The position numbers and the translations under genes were made by a program. Of a stretch of DNA of 64,000 nucleotides, positions 59,584-64,000 are shown piece by piece. Location: positions 4,595 to 68,594 of the forward strand of contig CAJOPG010000134.1 in assembly GCA_905236355.1 (NCBI GenBank). The letters run 5' to 3'. Below the pieces are notes generated by a model. It saw nothing but the letters and a program-made list of their open reading frames with translations, did not search any database and was not told the origin of the DNA. Within the stretch, counting starts at the first letter, position 1. Every line of letters begins with the position of its first letter. This stretch comes from Paludibacteraceae bacterium. GTDB lineage: Bacteria > Bacteroidota > Bacteroidia > Bacteroidales > Paludibacteraceae.

Positions 59584-60180
59584 TTATTTACTTTTGGCGG
59601 TGATGATTTGGTTCATTTTTTTGTCATGACGGGTATGAGGAATAGAGTCCAACAACTGGAAATGATATGCAATTCCCACTTTCCATGCTTTCCCCCAATT
59701 TTTCAGAAGCCGGTCATAATAGCCTTTTCCTCGCCCCATACGATGCAAGGAGCGATCGAAGCCGACCCCCGGGATTAGCATCAAGTCCACCTTCCCCTTG
59801 TATGCCGGCGTCTGTGGCTCCGGTATGCCATATTTACCTTTTTTCAGGTTTTCTTCGCCCACATATTCTCTCAATTCAAGTCCGTTGCGATGTGTAACAG
59901 GCATTAGAAAACGCTTGTCTGAGATATCTCTATTTGTCAACAAGGGGAGGAGGTTAATCTCGTTGTGAATGGGATAATAAATAAGGATGGTGTGTGCCTG
60001 CCAGAAATGATTGGACTGAAGGATTTGCTCTATCACTTCGTTTGATGCCTTTGTTACTTCTTCGGTTGTCAAAATGCGGCGTTTCTGCTCCAACAAGGAT
60101 CTCAACTCCGCCTTCTCTTTTTTGCGGCGGGAAGACGGAAAGAAGCCGATAAAGTCGTGTATGTATGATTCGAAAAGCAT
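59584..60180 (-). CDS. 5-formyltetrahydrofolate cyclo-ligase
   Basis: GIPEP, DLMLIPGVGFD, RMGRGKGYYDR, HDKKM. Confidence 0.92.
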   Translation of the reverse strand: MLFESYIHDFIGFFPSSRRKKEKAELRSLLEQKRRILTTEEVTKASNEVIEQILQSNHFWQAHTILIYYPIHNEINLLPLLTNRDISDKRFLMPVTHRNGLELREYVGEENLKKGKYGIPEPQTPAYKGKVDLMLIPGVGFDRSLHRMGRGKGYYDRLLKNWGKAWKVGIAYHFQLLDSIPHTRHDKKMNQIITAKSK

Positions 60181-60357
60181 TACAGCAGGGGTAATAAATC
60201 CGTTTTTGTTAAACGCTGCGAAATTACTGCTTTATTTGGAATTATGCAAATGATTATAAAGATATACCTGTTGGCGGAATTCAACCTGCGTATATTTGAT
60301 TCTAATCATCGGCATGTTGTCACTGCTGACCATGTAATTACTATGGTGTGGCCTGCT

Positions 60358-60390
60358 GAATCACTAACGAATCACTAATGAATCACTAAA
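60358..60390 (+). repeat. 11-bp tandem array (family C)
   Basis: GAATCACTAAC GAATCACTAAT GAATCACTAAA. Confidence 0.8.
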
Positions 60391-60610
60391 GATTTATTGC
60401 CGTTATCTTGCTATAAACCGGCAGCAGAAGTACTACATCTTTATTTTGTCAATGAGGAAAGATATGCAGTCCAACCGCATCAAAGAAATGCCTTTGTAAC
60501 TCTATATAAATCAACAAGAGTCTTGGGTTGCTCTTGGATTGCCCCAAACCTACGCCGCACTTAAAAATATATTTACTTGTTTTTTCTGACAGATACTGCC
60601 TTCCTACTCA

Positions 60611-61423
60611 TCAATTTGTAAATTCATATCCTATCCCAATAGCGTACTCGTTTCTTCGTCGGGTAGTGAGCAGGATATCATCACCGCTGAATTCGGCGGA
60701 GCGGAATCGTCCCCAATCGTAGCGAAAGAAGAAGTTCAGTGTTCCCCTGTTTTTATCTTCTGCCGGAATCTTCCAGTTTACGCCTGCACAAGTACGCCAA
60801 CGCTCTATATACTGGTGTCCATTCAGGCGGCAGTATTCATTGGCATTAAGTGTATTGGCGAGTTCTGTCCAGAGATACGGATTTATACCTTTGTTTTTGA
60901 AAGAGTAAGAGGTTTTAAGGAAATGGCGGAGTGTCAGTTGGTGTTGATTGGTGGTACGCCTATCTATATCGTCAAATCTCATATCCCACAATAGTCGTTC
61001 GCGCGCAACAAAACTCCAATTGCCCACTGTATATATGCCGATAACACCCCCATAGACACGGTGCTTGATAAAGTTGTTGGGGTCATTCCAATGATTGTTG
61101 GCGGCTTTAGAGGAAGAAGGTCCGGATATTTTGAGCATATAAGCCGCCTCTGTTTTCAGGTAAGGGAACGGGGAATAGACAAGTGAGACGGAAGTAAGCG
61201 ACAGATCAAAAAGCGTGGAAGGAACAAAGGGAACAAAATCGAAACGCACATCTTCAAAGAGCACTATTGATAATTGATGCGGCAGAGGGTGTGTGTAAGT
61301 GAGGTCCAATCTTAATTGACCGACGTTTTCTGTGCGGGTGGTTTCTTCTGCATAGTTAATAGCCGCCAACGGAGCAGCCGACAGGAGCAAGCAGAGCAAG
61401 ACTATAAGGTAATGTAGTTTCAT
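60611..61423 (-). CDS. Outer-membrane beta-barrel protein, DUF2490-like
   Basis: Signal peptide, amphipathic beta strands, HRVYG...RER...TLRH motifs, C-terminal GIGYEF. Confidence 0.62.
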   Translation of the reverse strand: MKLHYLIVLLCLLLSAAPLAAINYAEETTRTENVGQLRLDLTYTHPLPHQLSIVLFEDVRFDFVPFVPSTLFDLSLTSVSLVYSPFPYLKTEAAYMLKISGPSSSKAANNHWNDPNNFIKHRVYGGVIGIYTVGNWSFVARERLLWDMRFDDIDRRTTNQHQLTLRHFLKTSYSFKNKGINPYLWTELANTLNANEYCRLNGHQYIERWRTCAGVNWKIPAEDKNRGTLNFFFRYDWGRFRSAEFSGDDILLTTRRRNEYAIGIGYEFTN

Positions 61424-61431
61424 TGGAGATG

Positions 61432-61478
61432 CAAAGATACATCAAATTTGCGATTTCACAAAATAATGTGTATCTTTG
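61432..61478. promoter_or_regulatory. Back-to-back divergent promoters
   Basis: TATCTTTG on the minus strand (61439-61432) and on the plus strand (61471-61478). Confidence 0.7.
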
Positions 61479-61541
61479 CAGGGTCAATATATCATATGCT
61501 ATGACGCATTTATCAATGCGGTTGCCGCATATTTTTGTAAG

Positions 61542-61573
61542 TAATAATCAATCAAAATAATAATCAATCAAAA
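61542..61573 (+). repeat. 16-bp tandem duplication in the phosphatase translation-initiation region
   Basis: TAATAATCAATCAAAA twice, ending 6 nt before the ATG. Confidence 0.8.
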
Positions 61574-61579
61574 TAGTTC

Positions 61580-63007
61580 ATGAGACGTATCTTTCTTTCC
61601 TTTCTATCGTGTATGTGCTGCCTTGCAATATCCGCACAGGCGAAGTATGTTTTCTATTTTATAGGTGACGGTATGGGACCTAATCAGGTTCTTGGTGCCG
61701 AAATGTTGTTGGCGGAACAGCAAGGACGAATAGGTTATGAGCCACTATTATTCACTCAGTTTCCCATGTCCGGTATGGCACGGACATATTCCGCCAACAG
61801 CGGTGTAACCGACTCAGCGGCCGGCGGGACAGCTCTTTCTACGGGGAAGAAGACAACAAACGGTTTTGTAGGTGTATTGCCTGATTCCACCTCAGTGCCC
61901 ACCATAGCTGAGATATTGAAACGGCGCGGTATGGCCGTGGCTATCTGTACCTCCGTCAGTATAGACCATGCCACCCCCGCTTGCTTTTATGCCCATGAAC
62001 CCAGCAGAGAACGCTATTACGAGATAGGGACATGGCTGCCTAAATCCAACTTTGATTTTTTTGCCGGAGCCGGATTTAGGAAGCCCCAGAACAAGAAAGA
62101 CAAGCATTCTCCGAACCTCTATAGTCTTGTGGAGGGTGCGGGGTACACTATGGCTCGCGGATTCGACGAATATATACAACTGCGCGACAGTGCCCAAAAG
62201 ATGATTCTCATTCAGAAAGAAGACGGGCTACCACAAAACGAGTACAAATCAGCAGAGAGTATAGGTTTCAAGATTGACCAAACAGAGGGTGCACTCACAT
62301 TGGAGCAGATAACGCGTGCCGCCCTTGACTTCACCCCACGCGAAAACGGCTTCTTCATGATGATAGAAGGAGGAATGATTGATTGGGGTTGCCACAACAA
62401 CGATGCCAAAGCCGTCTGGTATGAGATTATAGAAATGGATAAAGCCATCCGTGTTGCATACGACTTTTATCTTGAGCACCCCGATGAGACCCTGATTGTT
62501 ATAACCGCCGACCATGAAACCGGCGGACTATCGATGGGTCGAAACGACGAATATGTTCTCACCCTGAAGGAGCTTGACAGTCAGCAGTGTTCCGGTTTTG
62601 CTTTTGAAGAGAAGGTGTATGCCTATATTGACACACACCTGCAGAAGGGAAAACTCAAGAAACTGCCTGTTGAGTGGTTACGCAAAGCGTTGGAGGCCGA
62701 CTTGGGATTCTATAGTAAATATCCACTCTCTGCAGATGAGGAGCAAGCTATTTTTAATTGCATTTGGTACCACTATGGCGTGAAGAAACAATTGAAGCCC
62801 ACACTATATGCCAACGATTTCTATTCGCTGCAACATATTGTAACCCGCTTGATGGACAAGCAGGCGCATATAGAGTGGAGCACTTCCGGACACAGTGCTG
62901 CCAATGTGCCCGTTATAGCTATTGGCGCGGGAGCGGAACTTTTCAGTGGTTGGCAGGACAATACTGACATTATGCCAAAGATTCTAAAAGCTACAGAACA
63001 AAAGTAA
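61580..63007 (+). CDS. Alkaline phosphatase (PhoA family)
   Basis: FIGDGMG, VTDSAAGGTAL, HATPA, EGGMIDWGCH, TADHETGG, SGHS; signal peptide ending ISA|Q. Confidence 0.93.
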   Translation: MRRIFLSFLSCMCCLAISAQAKYVFYFIGDGMGPNQVLGAEMLLAEQQGRIGYEPLLFTQFPMSGMARTYSANSGVTDSAAGGTALSTGKKTTNGFVGVLPDSTSVPTIAEILKRRGMAVAICTSVSIDHATPACFYAHEPSRERYYEIGTWLPKSNFDFFAGAGFRKPQNKKDKHSPNLYSLVEGAGYTMARGFDEYIQLRDSAQKMILIQKEDGLPQNEYKSAESIGFKIDQTEGALTLEQITRAALDFTPRENGFFMMIEGGMIDWGCHNNDAKAVWYEIIEMDKAIRVAYDFYLEHPDETLIVITADHETGGLSMGRNDEYVLTLKELDSQQCSGFAFEEKVYAYIDTHLQKGKLKKLPVEWLRKALEADLGFYSKYPLSADEEQAIFNCIWYHYGVKKQLKPTLYANDFYSLQHIVTRLMDKQAHIEWSTSGHSAANVPVIAIGAGAELFSGWQDNTDIMPKILKATEQK

Positions 63008-63368
63008 CAAGAAACATTTCGATTCGGTATATTTAAAATATTACGTCTATTCAGGCGTATTATCTTTGCTGGCGGAAGAGTTTTCTTTAATATTACAAAA
63101 TCGGCATATCGGTCAAAACGGAATTGGGGAATGCCATGCATGAATGATTGTAATTTCGCACCACGAACGAAACGGCGTGGGGCTCTGCCACGAAACAATA
63201 TTGCAGCGGATAATTTTGTAGATTCTTCTAAAAATCCCGTATTCCCATCCTATTATCCCGTAAAAAAAACAACAATTTATCTTTCTCTCTACCTAAGGCG
63301 AGATAGCAACATATAAGTTTTCAACATCAATTGCAATAGTTTCCCGTCACCCTTTAGTTAGAATTTAT

Positions 63369-63401
63369 ATGGGCTTTTGATGTTCCGATACCGCTACCTT
63401 A
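63369..63401 (+). repeat. 11-bp-period intergenic array, family B copy 5 (degenerate)
   Basis: ATGGGCTTTTG ATGTTCCGATA CCGCTACCTTA. Confidence 0.6.
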
Positions 63402-63906
63402 ATGTATATTGTATGGAGTTGGTCGGGGATTGCGCGGTGTTTTGATGCGGTTGCCCTGCTTTCTACCTCCCGGAGGAGATATTCAATTTCTATATTGCGG
63501 CATATAAGTGTTTGTGGCAATGTAGTTTTCAGAGTCAGGACAGAAGATTTCTTCATTCATATTGCATAAAACATAGAAGTCAGATAATAATATTGATATA
63601 AGTTAGATAAGTATAGTAGAATTATAAAATTGCGTATAAGTATTTATATACCTTTTATGTAAATAAACTTGTGAAATTTTTGTGTAAACAAACATTCTAT
63701 CGTTTTCTTGCTCTTACAACTATTTTGTTATACTTTTGCACCGTTTACGAAAATAATAAGATGCAACGTAACCTAAGCAAGATATTACAGAAACGGGATC
63801 TCTCTTATTTTCTTCCTTTTAGATATTCCGGGGTAATTTGACCGGTGTCCCGGTTATTACAGCCAATTTATGAATTAACAATATAAACCTTAAAAATTTT
63901 ACCAAG

Positions 63907-64000
63907 ATGAAAAAGTTTTTTCTACTTTTATCTCTCATTCTATCAGTAGTTAGTTTGAGTGTGAGTGCTGCAACCGAAGTAGCAACCTGTAACGGTGCTA
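63907..64000 (+). CDS. Start of an exported protein (truncated by the window end)
   Basis: ATG at 63907 gives MKKFFLLLSLILSVVSLSVSA|ATEVATCNGA (signal peptide). Upstream -7 box TACTTTTG at 63731-63738. Confidence 0.7.
   Translation, partial: MKKFFLLLSLILSVVSLSVSAATEVATCNGA

Noticed and set aside
60181..60610. 6S RNA upstream of the 5-formyltetrahydrofolate cyclo-ligase gene
   Set aside because: A promoter-like TAATTTCG lies only ~40 nt from the ATG and no long rod-like self-complementarity is visible.
61480..61579. Pho box upstream of the alkaline phosphatase
   Set aside because: The repeat there is 16 bp and does not resemble CTGTCAT 11-bp tandem boxes.
9248..62967. Long antisense ORFs (e.g. 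15130..15969, 23984..24685, 27300..28157, 41336..42073)
   Set aside because: They overlap confidently identified genes on the opposite strand and have non-protein-like composition.
1..64000. Alternative genetic code, mobile elements, tRNA/rRNA
   Set aside because: Conserved genes are full length and end at TAA, TAG or TGA. I recognised no integrase, transposase, phage gene or structural RNA by eye.

Overview
Chromosomal backbone of an anaerobic Bacteroidales bacterium (Paludibacteraceae/Prevotellaceae-like; inferred from TTTG-N19-20-TAnnTTTG promoters, T9SS-type C-terminal signals and gene content). The left 14.6 kb is a minus-strand locus of three very large exported FN3/lectin-like proteins. 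One of them is a >2700-aa ORF running off the window edge that the ORF track missed, and the locus promoter has an A13 tract in its spacer. The rest is mostly housekeeping: htpG, prs-glutaminyl cyclase-sufC-sufD-ispB, ruvB, kbl-tdh, queFCDE, uxaB/uxaA, amn-holA-polA, clpP-clpX, ileS, ddl and an alkaline phosphatase. I found no CRISPR array, rRNA, tRNA, integrase or transposase. The least explained signal is non-coding: at least seven dispersed, oriented intergenic arrays with an 11-bp period in two related families. In hand spot counts their strand orientation matches local GC-skew patches that flip several times, including inside single operons. A non-canonical preQ1-I-like hairpin precedes queF. 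All protein calls come from motif recognition only; no searches were run.
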